Source: Laetmonice hystrix
Taxonomy: Eukaryota
DNA length: 64,000 nt
Direction: 5' to 3'
NCBI GenBank assembly: GCA_965235115.1
Contig: OZ249436.1
Span: 32,366,001-32,430,000, forward strand
The notes beneath the pieces are model-generated. The model was not told where the DNA came from, did not search any database, and saw only the letters and a list, made by a program, of their open reading frames with translations. Shown here in pieces: positions 38,701 to 50,700 of the stretch (positions are counted from its first letter, which is position 1; each line of letters begins with the position of its first letter). The position numbers were made by a program, and so were the translations under genes.

Positions 38701-41700
38701 TTACCCCAGGGTATATGTAGTTGGTGGTTTACAAACTAAAGAAACGTGTAACGACTACATTATTAGAGGACTGCGTGTTTGAGTTAAGCCGCTAGCAAGT
38801 GGAGTTTTCATGACTTGATTTTAAAAGCCTCCGGTTATGTGTTAGAGTGAAAGAAAGGGATAACCAGATCTTAAATATTGTGTCATGTTGTTATTGCAGT
38901 ATGTGAGGCTGGATGCAATGGATCATGCTACATGGCGGAAAACGGCCTGCGTAAATGTTGTAACGAGCAGTGTATTGGAGGATGTTTTGGACCGACTGCC
39001 AAGGACTGCTTCGCTTGCAAACACGTGCTTGGCATTGAAGGCAGGTGCCAGTCAAGATGTATTGCTACATTCAAAGTAAGTTTACATGGTTCAAGTACTT
39101 ATTTTACGTGGTTCTTTGCATCTATTAACTGTTGATGTACATTGTGGTTTTTTCAAGGCTCAGGAAGCCAGAAAAAAGGAATGTTTCGGTAACATGGATG
39201 GTCAGTGATGGTATTAAGAATTCCCATGACCAGGAGATTGAGACACCCATGACCAGGAGATGGTCAGTGGTGGTATTAAGACACCCATGACCATGAGATT
39301 CAGACACCTATGACCATGAGATTAAGACACCCATGACTAGGAGATTAAGACACCTATGACCAGGAGATTAAGACACCTATGACCAGGAGATTAAGACACC
39401 TATGACCAGGAGATCAAGACACCTATGACCAGGAGATTAAGACACCTAGGACCAGGAGATTAAGACACCTAGGACCAGGAGATTAAGACCATGACCAGGA
39501 GATTAAGACACCTAGGACCAGGAGATTAAGACACCTATGACCAGGAGATTAAGACACCTAGGACCAGGAGATTAAGACACCTAGGACCAGGAGATTAAGA
39601 CACCTAGGACCAGGAGACCATGACCAGGAGATTAAGACACCTATGACCAGGAGATTAAGACACCTAGGACCAGGAGATTAAGACCATGACCAGGAGATTA
39701 AGACACCTATGACCAGGAGATTAAGACCATGACCAGGAGATTAAGACCATGACCAGGAGATTAAGACACCTATGACCAGGAGATTAAGACCATGACCAGG
39801 AGATTAAGACACCCATGACCAGGAGATTAAGACACCCATGACCAGGAGATTAAGACACCCATGACCAGGAGATTAAGACCATGACCAGGAGATGGTCTGT
39901 GGTAACATTAAGACACCCATGACGTCATTGGTGACATTAAGACACCCATGACCAGGAGATGGTCAGTGGTGACATTAAGACACCCATGACCAGGAGATAG
40001 TCAATGGTGGCATTAAGATTTTCCATGACCTGGAGACCAGGATAAATAGTCTTAGTAACAAATAGTGTTGTTACATTGTCCTGCAGGGCATGATTGGTAA
40101 CCTTTGTAAATTCTGAAGGTGTCTGTCACGTTTATTTGACTGGGCCAATGTCTCTACAAAAACTTGGTAACACTGTTATTGCACCTGATGAGAATGGAAT
40201 CTCTGAAATAAGGTGTATTTAAAAAACAAGAACAAGAAACAAGAATCAATACAAAATTACGTTGGACCGGTGTGGCAGTGCAGACCTCTCCAGCGTGATC
40301 AGAAGGTCCGTTGTATTGGAGGCGACCAATTATTTGCCTTTTTGGCCACACACCTAAAGGCCTGGCCACACACACCGACCCAATCGTTTACGATGGGTCG
40401 GGTCGGCATCTATCGGTCTGTGTGGCCGGGGCAGCCGATGGATTCATCGCGTCGCAGTTTTGGTCCACAATACCTGGGTGTCCACAACTTCTTTGTGAGT
40501 AGAAATATTAGCAAACAGAACCGGACAATAGGTCATGGATGGTAAAGTTATAAGCCTATAGGCTGACCTTCAAGAGATGACAAGGGTATTTATGTACCTC
40601 CGAATTGCCTGGGGATTCGGACAGCGCCAAGAGAGCAATCGAAGATCGTGTGAAGATTCAGACACCTATTGAGTGTTGAGGTGGGATCACACCGGGCGGC
40701 CCGAGTCATGATGCTATGACACAGCGTCGGTTAGCTGTGGGTGGCTGGTTGGCTGGGCCGGCGGGAAGGCAGACAAGCGGGCGGGCGAACCTTTGGTACC
40801 TGAATCGGGCCCTCTTCTTGTGCTAACGGGCAGGACTTGTTTACGACCTGGTTTCCAGACGAAGAACACTTGACTCTTGGCTCTGCCGCCACAGAATCAT
40901 GTATGAGACCCGGCCAGATGATTGGGCATCCTCACCTCAAAGACAATCAGCACGCGGGCAGGTTTTATGGCTCTGTTTACTCGATTCAAACCAATCTGCC
41001 TTCGTCGGGGGAGAAAGAAAGAGCACCTTAAAGCTAGTGCCAAGGTGAAATATGGGTTAATGATCTTCTGACTCATCCAGTGGCTGATACACAAACAACT
41101 GCAATCGGGACACTTTCAAAGCAGAGTTAGCTACAACGAAAAGAACTTTTTTTTTTCAGTGCAAAACATATTGTATTAATATTGATAGTAGTCGGAGTTT
41201 TTAATATGATGTTGCAAAGTACCGACTCATGATGCAATATATTTTGGAAGCGATGTAATATATTATCAGTTTTTCACTTTTCTTTCGTGCATTGAAGAAA
41301 AGAGTCTGAGGAAACGGAACTCATAAACATAGCAAAAAAGTTGTTATCGCGTTAGGGAGCCCAGATAAATTACATGAAAAAGGTCGTCCAATAGTCCTCA
41401 GCAACGAAATTGTTTCGTTGCCAGTTAAAGCTTGGGATCGATCCTTAGTGCAGCTCTACTTGGTGAGGAGAAATGTTCAACTGACCGTTCGGGGTCAATG
41501 GTCACTGGAGTGTGAAGTCAATGGGTGTGCTTGACTTTTGACTTCTATGTAGATTTTCTGTTCGTCATGGCTTGAAGGGAATGAATGACATACATGTACA
41601 TGTATAATATATAAGACGAAGCTACGACGTAGTTCACATGGCTGGCTCCATTCATTGTAATTGGAAAGTCAGTGAAAGTGAAAGTTTTATGTAAGTGAAA

Positions 41701-44700
41701 TGGACCGTTTTCCCCCCTGCAGATGACAGTTACCTTTGGTTGTGAGTTAGTGTTCTTCATAATAGTTGGTGTTGTTGACTGGTCTTGGTCTTGCCTGACA
41801 CACAGTGAGTGTACATACAACCGGTATCACCCCATCTTCCGGTGATTATGTCAAAAAGTTATTAGGTGGGACCCAACCCGAAGAAGCGGCGCCTTTAATT
41901 TACCCGCCGTCCCTATGTCTATCCGTCTGTAGACAGTGATTTCTCAGACGTGTCTGGGTCAAACTGTATGATACTTAAAGGGAGGGAAAACCCACACGGC
42001 AAATAACGTTTCGTAGACCAAATGAAACACCAGCATTTACCTTAGGGCAATAAATGCCACAATTACGTTGTCCTATTGAAGTAATTTTACGTGTAAACGC
42101 CCGATGTGTGATGCCGCTGGTTCCTACCTTGCCCTGCTTGTGTGTTCATCACCTCGGACGTTTACAAAGACTGGGACTCCAAACATCGTGTAAACACGTC
42201 TGTGAGCAGAGTAACCCGTAATATTATGCAATACGCCGTGGTGTGCAGCATTCGGCTGTGATGAACACACAAGCAAGGCAAGGTAGGAACCAGCGGCATC
42301 ACACATGGGGGGGGGGGGGGTTACACGTTAATTACTTCATTCAGACAACGTAATTGTGGCATTTATTGCCCTGAGGTAAATGCTGGTGTTTCATCTGGTC
42401 TACAAAACCTTATTTGCCGTGGGTGTTGTCCCTCCCTTTAATACCGAGCCGAATCGGATGATTTCGGTGTCATTTTTCATCAAAAAAGATTTCCTTTCCT
42501 ACCATACCAGTCTTACGTACCAGCATAACGGAAATATACTATTCCGTTTTTTTCTGGGCCACCCTGTATATGACGTTTCAATGAGATGCATAACTGCATA
42601 TCTCAAGATAACGGTATATAGTTGATATAAATGTAGGAAGTCGTATTTCCATTTCAAATTTCATTTGTCACGATTTCCCTTTACATTAAGTGACCTTGTG
42701 AGGTCAGTCAGGGTCATATCTTTCTAGAAAACGGTTCAAGATAACCACTTACCATGAATAATGGATGAATACATACCTGAGATTTCTTTGTGAATCATGC
42801 ATCAAAGATGTTCTCACATAGACTCTATCTCAAGAATACAAAGTACGCCTAGTTACTTTACTCACAGATAATTAGTGCTTTTTACAGTTTGAGGCTCCTG
42901 CTCCGACCGGCTCATGTATTCTCTTGGATTTCTTCTTTAAAATAGGTAGATTGCCGAAGGTGAAAAGCATCCAGTCACTATCACATTTTCATGAGGTGCT
43001 CGCAAAAGCAACTCATTCACCAATCCTGATATTTTTGGGACAGGCTCTACGTGCATTATAATTCATCAAAATTCCAAGGAACTAAGATTTTCTTCTTCCG
43101 GTGTAACAAAAACACCTCTGCTTACGTGTTGATATAATTTAATAACAAAACACCACTTTGTATTGAATTTCCAGTTCATGAATCGGAGGTGTATCTTAGC
43201 AAAGGACTGTCGGAATATGAAAGATAAAAACCGACAGCCCTGGAAGTTGCATAATAACGAGTGCATCCGTGATTGCCCAAGTGGATACATAGAAGACGAG
43301 CAAGACAGGAACAGTTGTAAGAAATGCGACGGGCCATGTCCAAGAGGTAGTTATGTTTTATACATTAAAATGCATACAGTTCGTCGTAGTTCACTTTTTT
43401 AGCAGAACGTTTTTCCGATATTACTCAGGTGTACGAATTACCAAGTTGTTTGTTCTCCAAGGCTTTGTATAAAATAGAGTCGTAGTATGTATTTCTATGT
43501 TACAAACCGGTACTAAGTAATGAGGCGAGTAAAGGACAGTGTTATACCAGGGCTTGTGTTTGACATGTATTGTAGATTCATCCTGGCTGATACAACAAAA
43601 TGCTTGTTATATAATGGCACTATAATGTGGTTTTCAAGGCTGTAAGAGGCAAATTAATAAATTCAGAAGAAGAAAAAATTACAAAAGTTGTTTTCTGTAT
43701 GACAGTGTGCCTAGCGAAGGTGGTGGACAGCGTAGCGACGGCCCAGAAACTGAAGGGATGCACGGTCATCAACGGCATCCTGGAGATCCAGATCCGAGGA
43801 GGAAGTGAGTACACCTCCCTTATGCACCCCACCGCACCCCCCAGCCCTGCTCACCCCAAACACTCTCTGTGCGTCTGGAGGGAACCGTCTCGGGTCGTCA
43901 CTCGGCCGTGTCGCCGCCTGCCGCCTCTGGCAGCAGCCACGGTCCAGTGAGCATGACACGAACTGGGGTGACCTCCGTCCTCCGTTTGTAAACATTTCTA
44001 ATATTCTAATATTGCCTTCCTAGTAAAAGATTGACAGTCATGTTATTCCATTGACAATTACCATGCAGTTCCAGCTTCCTACAGAACCCCCCCCCACCCC
44101 CACCCCACCCAGGCAGTTTTACACAACAGGGTGACTGCCATATTGATCTTGGCCAAATTTCTTGATGGCAGTGCATTCAGACTCAATAGAACATGGTGAT
44201 TTTGGAAATGAGATTGAGAAGCATGTGAAAAGACCTGAAAAAGACCAAAAGAAGACATTTAATTAAGGCAAGAGATTCGTTAAGATTTAAGGCAAAAATA
44301 CGAACAATTAGAAAAGATCACAACGGTTTAGGAAACTCAGGAGAACATGTTTTTAGAGTACTGCAGGTCGAAGTAACAAAAAAATTGGTTTTCCAATAAT
44401 GAGTGAAGATGAACTAAATTGCAAATGTACTGGTAAAACGTTGCAATTCCTAGGTGCCACGAATACCTGGAAAAAATTGAAAAAGTACCATGGTGTGGAT
44501 CATTAATTAGAACTCCTCTCCTTCTTGAGTATAAGTCGTAATAAATTAAATCCACCTTAGTCAAGTAAGTCACGGGTCGTACTATAGACATTGTGAATTT
44601 GTCTGAACCACGCTTAGATAGGTCCATTTTGTGCTTTATCTGATTCTCCATAACTCTTAGTAAAAGAGTTGGTCTGAAATTCTCAATAATTCTATAATTC

Positions 44701-47700
44701 GCAATAAGCTGTACATGGAGTTTGAGTTTTGTCACACCTTGTTCTAAGAAGATGTGTTTTTTCTGCTAATTTCTTTTGAGGGCCAGGTCCACCAAGGTTT
44801 GCGCCAGCGTGTCTTATTGTGACTCAGCCTGAAGTCCTGACGGCCGCAGACATTAGCCAATTTGTATTCACAAATCATTCCACATTGTTTCCAATTCCAC
44901 TTTTGAATTTTTAGACCGCCGATTTCAAGCAAACCAGACATTTGATCTCCTTGGTATTTATCTTTTTCTGTCTATCCTTGTTTCTTCATAAATATGTATA
45001 TACAGTATTAGAGAGAGCGCCGCCAGTACAATAGACGAATAGTATCAGAATATTTGCAATTGAATTGAAAAGTCTGAAAATCGGTGCCGTTTCTAAAGTT
45101 CCGTTGCCGTTCAGTGTATTAAAGCCCGATACGATGTCTCAATAAGCTAGCTGGCTGGTGGACGAGGTCCTTTATTCCAACCATGTGTGTTTAGCTGGTA
45201 TACGATTTTGACCTATATTGAAGTAAAGTTAATACTTGTAGGTTTTGTAGTAACCTCATTCACATTACCCCAGTTTTCTTGTTGTTTGGATATGTTATTG
45301 CTGTGTGTAATCTGTGTCGTTTCCTTCTGACGTCATTTTTCTTCAATTGTCCTGATTTTGCTTGTTTAGTCTTTTTTTATTTCAGTCCCAGCCGAATATA
45401 TCATTACAGGCTAAAGATAACTGTTACTTTATCCAGCGTGAGTGATATCTCATCGTGGTGACATCTGAACCCCATGATCTAGATGCTATTTTAAGTCTTG
45501 TCCATCACATCTTTTTCTGACCTTTTGAGACAACAGAATGCTATAATTATCATCAATCATGTAAAGTCCGGTTCAAGGTCCCTTTTGTAACAAAATAAAT
45601 GAGTCCAACGTTGAAAATGCTGATTAAATTCGGGAATGCTATTCCTGCTTCAGACATGTTTGAGCAGTTATAAAAGAGTGAGTGCCCCAAGCAAATTCCA
45701 AGTATGTACCACCAGCGGTACATGGTAGATCATGTGTGTACCAGGTTTCACCTGAAATCTTAAACCTCGTATAGAACCAAGCGCTAATTCATTAAAATAA
45801 GCTATAACAGTGTTGCATGCCAATGCGTACACGGAGAGGTCAAAACCTGAAATCTAGATTTATTTCATATTATTGCAGAAAGTTTACCTTTCAAATGTAG
45901 TTTAGGTTGACAGTATCAGACCTCCAAGACTTTTGTGAGTCTGAGCAATGTAGAAGGGCGTCAGAGTTATCAAATGTACACAGTGTATACATATTTATAT
46001 TGTTGGGAGATCGTGAACTTCTAACTTTAGGCCGGATGTTTCTGGATTAATGTCCTTTTCTACGAATTGATGCCAAAGGTCATTGGGTACATTCTCATTC
46101 CGACCTCCTTCTGTCAGGCAATTAATGTACCACGGAAATCCTCATATCGGCCTAGATTACTGCTAAATTACTTTTTGAACTACTCTTGAATCTGTCGTCG
46201 GGGGAAGAAAAATATGTTTTGAATTCGGAAATCGCTTGCTAAGGGTCAAAATATTAATTTGTCTGTGTCCCTCACGGAATTCTAATTGATCCGATCACCG
46301 TGACGGTGCGTGGGGTCCGACGTGGCCGTAACGTGACTGAGGGGCGTGCTGCTCGTAGTGCTGGCCTCGTAACGTCCTGCGCCATCTTACCTCGACCACA
46401 CGTGGTGATAGGAGGAAGGAAGGGGGCCAGCTGTGTATCAAAGTCCGCCGGCCCGCGGCCCAGCCCGTGCTCGTAGATACTACACAGTTTAAAACATGTT
46501 TACCACGCTCCGCACCTTGTCTACCGAGCTCAAGTCCACATTTATTATCATACATACAGGAATGTCCAAGTCGATCTTGACTAGCCCCCCCGGAGGTAAA
46601 GTTCGCATGTTTGTGGGTAGGGAGGGTGAGGTGAAGTGGAGGGGGGGGGGGGGGTACTAAGGCAGACGTCAACGGGCAGCCGTCAGGTCAGACAGTGCAT
46701 TAGACTTGATGTTTGTCCCCTAGTTTGGGAACGGTGATAGAGCTAGTCATTGATTAGGAAATACACCGCACTTGGCCGCCGCGGGAACACATCTCTGGAA
46801 TCTGATATTATGTTCCAGATTTGAAGACATTCAGGCCTAACAATGATCACGTCGGGGCTAGTCAACATGCGGTTGATATTCCTCGTATCAAGGTGAAATA
46901 TGTCTCGAGATGTGTCCGCAGTATTGAGAAAAATTAGGGTGCAAATTTTATTTCGAAATTATTTTTTAATTAGAATCTTGGATCTAAACCTAGATACATG
47001 TAATTATATTCTGGTCCCAGTCAAACTAGGAACGATGGCATTAATAATTTTAGACCCCCCCCCCCGCTCCCTTTACTCAAATATAACAGATATGTAAAAT
47101 TGTTTTTCTAACAGATAGTTTTGAATTACACTTGAGCATTTGATCCTGTACGGTAACCTCTACTATTTATGATAGCACGTTTTGTGTTTTTCGTATTTCT
47201 ATTTTATAATTGCTTACGTTAATCCATATTCTTGTTTTAAAATGTTTGTGTACTACTGTATGTTTTTTTGTTATACTTCACATTAAATCTTTTACTAGCA
47301 AAAATACTCAACTATGATATCCGTCTCAGAAACCTAATGAGCTATTTTAGTGAACATTGATGTCTTGTCATGATTAGGTGAGCTCATGGTTAGGTGAATT
47401 CATATACTTGGAAGTTCAAGTTTAGGAACTTGAAACCAATTGGTGACTCGAGTTCTTGTAAGGAAGATGGTGAAGGGCCTGAATATATTTGTCTGTTGAT
47501 TTTAAGTCTTGTTGCTTAAACGTTACGCGATCAAAGTTTCTCCTGTTTGTATCACCACATGTATAATAACATTATTTGTATTTTTTTCTAGGGGTATAAA
47601 AAATATCAGCTGCGTTATCTCAACAGAGGGGTGTTAAAAATGTCTTTTGCTTAAACTCATGCCTTTGCAGGTAACATTGGCCGAGAGCTTGAAGACAGCC

Positions 47701-50700
47701 TGGGCCTGATCGAAAAGGTGACAGCATATGTCAAGGTTGTCCGCTCGTTCGCACTAGTCTCTTTACAGTTTCTCAAGAGTCTGAAAGTGATCCAGGGAGA
47801 CCGCATGTTCAATAATAGGTAGGTGAAAGCGATGTGCGGTCAGTCAGCAGATGGGAGGAGGATATGGCGGCCAGCCAGCCGTTTCCCAGTAGGGGGCAGC
47901 AGGTCGGGTTGTTGTCGGTCGGCCGGTCGGTCGTTAGGCCGGTCGGTCGGTAGGCCGACAAGTGGGCGATCCGTGTGTGAGCGGTCGGGTTGGCTGTACT
48001 TGTGTCCGTCCTGTGATGTCCTCCACGGGCCAGCAGGTGTCGCCACCGTCCAGTCCTGTGTTACACCACCGTGGTCGTCGTATGATTGAGATATGTGTCC
48101 GTCTGCCTGTCTGTCTGTCTTTACAGTTTTTTCAATGTGTTTGCACCTTTCTTCTCACACAGACCGAGTGATGCAGGAGCTAGAGGAGAGTTTGGGAGAC
48201 ATTGAGAGTGTCTCAGCCATAAAGATAATCCGATCAGTGGCCATAGATTCCCTCCGCTTCCTTGCCAAGTTGAGACTTATCACTGGATCGGTCCTGCATA
48301 ATAGGAGGTGGGCCACATCTTGTAACTACAGCTTTTGACGGCCAGTGTCCCCCTTATATCGAAACCAGTCTTCAGAATGCGCTGAACGTCTGCCCCTTGG
48401 AAAACAATCTTCGATCATCTATGTGTTTTGTGTGTCATGTCAGATTGTGTGAATTTGTTTTACTACACTGACACATAAACTAGAGCACATTTTAGTGGCC
48501 TCGGTTCCGTATATAAGTGTGTCCACCTTCCAAAAGATTTTAACCGAAGAAGATTGATTACCAACGGGTCAGGTGATGGAATGTGCTTTGCTGAATGGCG
48601 AATAGTTCGCACTCAGATGTAAAAGCTTTTAACTGCATGCTTTTTATTACATAGATGCTTGTAGCTGCTAAACTGGTCAAATCCCAAGGTGCATCCAGGG
48701 CAGGTGTATAAGGGCAGGTACCATTGTAGTGTTAGACTGAGTTGAAATGAAGGGAATACCTTACGATCTGTAGAAGGACATACAGATGCGGTTTTGTTCC
48801 TCGCTACAATTAGAACCCACCAGCAGTCAAAAGTTTTGGCAAAGATGAACCAACAACCCATGGGAAGTTTGTGGCATTAATTGTTAGGAAATCTCATTAA
48901 TATTGTGAATTGGAATAGCATTTCAGATTTTTAATTCTAGTTAGTGTGAACCCATAAAACCTCCACAAAGCTCAAACGATTGGAACCCACCAGCAGTCAA
49001 AAGTTTTGGCAAAGATGAACCAATCACCCATGGGAAGTTTGTGGCATGAATGGTTAGGAAATCTCATTAATATCGTTAATTGGAATAGCATTTCAGATTT
49101 TTAATTCTAGTTAGTGTGAACCCATAAAACCTCCACAAAGCTCAAACGATTAGAACCCACCAGCAGTCAAAAGTTTTGGCAAAGATGAACCAACAACCCA
49201 TGGGAAGTTTGTGGCATGAATGGTTAGAAAATCTCATTAATATCGTTAATTGGATAAGCATTTCAGATTTTTAATTCTAGTTAGTATGAACCCATAAAAC
49301 CTCCACAAATGTCAAACGATGTATTCCTTGTCCCGAACCTGGATTGGACCTGGTCAGCTCTCTGTCATGCCAGCACTATTACGCCTTCGTGTATGTTCTT
49401 TTTTTGGCACTTGGAGCTTGGTTTATGCGAGAATTATAATCAGTGCCCCAGCCAGTATGTCCGCTTGCAAAAGGAAATGATAAGAAAAACCCAGTATAGG
49501 AGACAAAGTGCTTGGCGTGATTTCTATAAATCTGGTCATATTTTATGAACGGCTAAAACACGCAAACTTGCACTACGCATGAGCCATCATAATTAGTTGG
49601 CATGTTGGTGATATGTTTAAAACAAACACTAGTTCCGCTTTCGCTGATAGATTTTTTTCTCTCTATCTCTCTCGAAATTTGGCATGTCTCCGAATACTCA
49701 ATAAACACGACTAATGTAATGTCCTCGCAAGTCCCCCCTCTCCTCCCCACCCCACCCCACCCCACCCGCCACCGTCTGGGTGGAAGGCTGTAATCTACAG
49801 GTGTAATTTAGAGAGCCACTCAGGAGGATGTGGCGGGCAGACCAGGGCTGGTGTCCGCCGCCGCTACCCGCAGACATCGTGATAAACCCAACCAGGTACT
49901 GTCAAAACAAGCTCATCCATCAAAACCGGAGACCACACACAAACACACACACAAGACAATGGAAACAAGACGGATCTCCACTCCCAGTCGTCGCCCACAG
50001 CCAGTCTAGTGGTGGCATCATTTCCCCTCTCCCACCCCTTTTTGTTTTTCTTAAATTTCTTTACATATCACATTGGAACTGATGGGAAAAAATGCATATA
50101 TATTACGTTTTGGGAGAGTAGTTTCGTTTCTCTTAAGTCTGCTGGTATTTTGGTGCAAGGGGAAAAAGACGCTTGTTATTTGTAAAATGTTTTGTTTGAG
50201 ATCATCTGCTTATAGTGCCATGTAGTCAATTAGCTATTTTGCATTCCATATTAGATTTGATTTGCACGTTTATATGTGTAATTTTAACAATATTACAAGA
50301 TTTATAGTTTCTATTTAGAAGTAACTTGTTCTCATGATTTAAAAAAATTATTTGACGTATTTGTGCTATGTGCTTTCTAAAGATAATTTAGAGTTGCGTC
50401 ATGTGCTTGATTATCAAGTTTGTGAAGTTTCTTAGTTTAATTTACAAACTATGAAATACGTGCTCCTACTCGTGATACTGTGTGCCACTGAACGCATGAT
50501 ATGGTAGGTACCGAGGACATTCAGTGCCGGTATCACCGGCTGCTGTGAACACTAACGAGTTGCCCATCAGACGACAGTTACAGAGCTCTGTGTTAACTAT
50601 GCCATGTTTGTTAAGTTTATGTTGAAGGTTGTTTTGATATTCGTTGAGCAGTGTTAGTAATAGACCTGAACTAGGGACAAAACCATGCCATGACCTCCTT

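Noticed and set aside
43805..43950. Read-through of the exon 5 donor (open 48 codons)
   Set aside because: Strong GTGAGT donor; an open frame is expected in GC-rich sequence.
46610..46657. G-rich tract pairing with the C-rich tract after exon 5
   Set aside because: Poly-G/C tracts are abundant throughout the window, so the match is non-specific.
47426..47452. GAACTTGAAACCAATTGGTGACTCGAG reads like ELETN..D.E, a possible third decayed copy of exon 6
   Set aside because: It needs frameshifts, is surrounded by stops, and the similarity does not extend; likely chance.
48127..48162. Alternative in-frame acceptor (TTTACAG at 48126), 36 nt upstream of exon 6b
   Set aside because: It would add 12 aa with no counterpart in 6a; homology favours 48163. 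It cannot be excluded without RNA data.
49801..49882. Possible alternative terminal exon after 6a/6b giving a secreted truncated receptor
   Set aside because: Poor polypyrimidine tract and no supporting homology; better explained as the RNA-pairing island.
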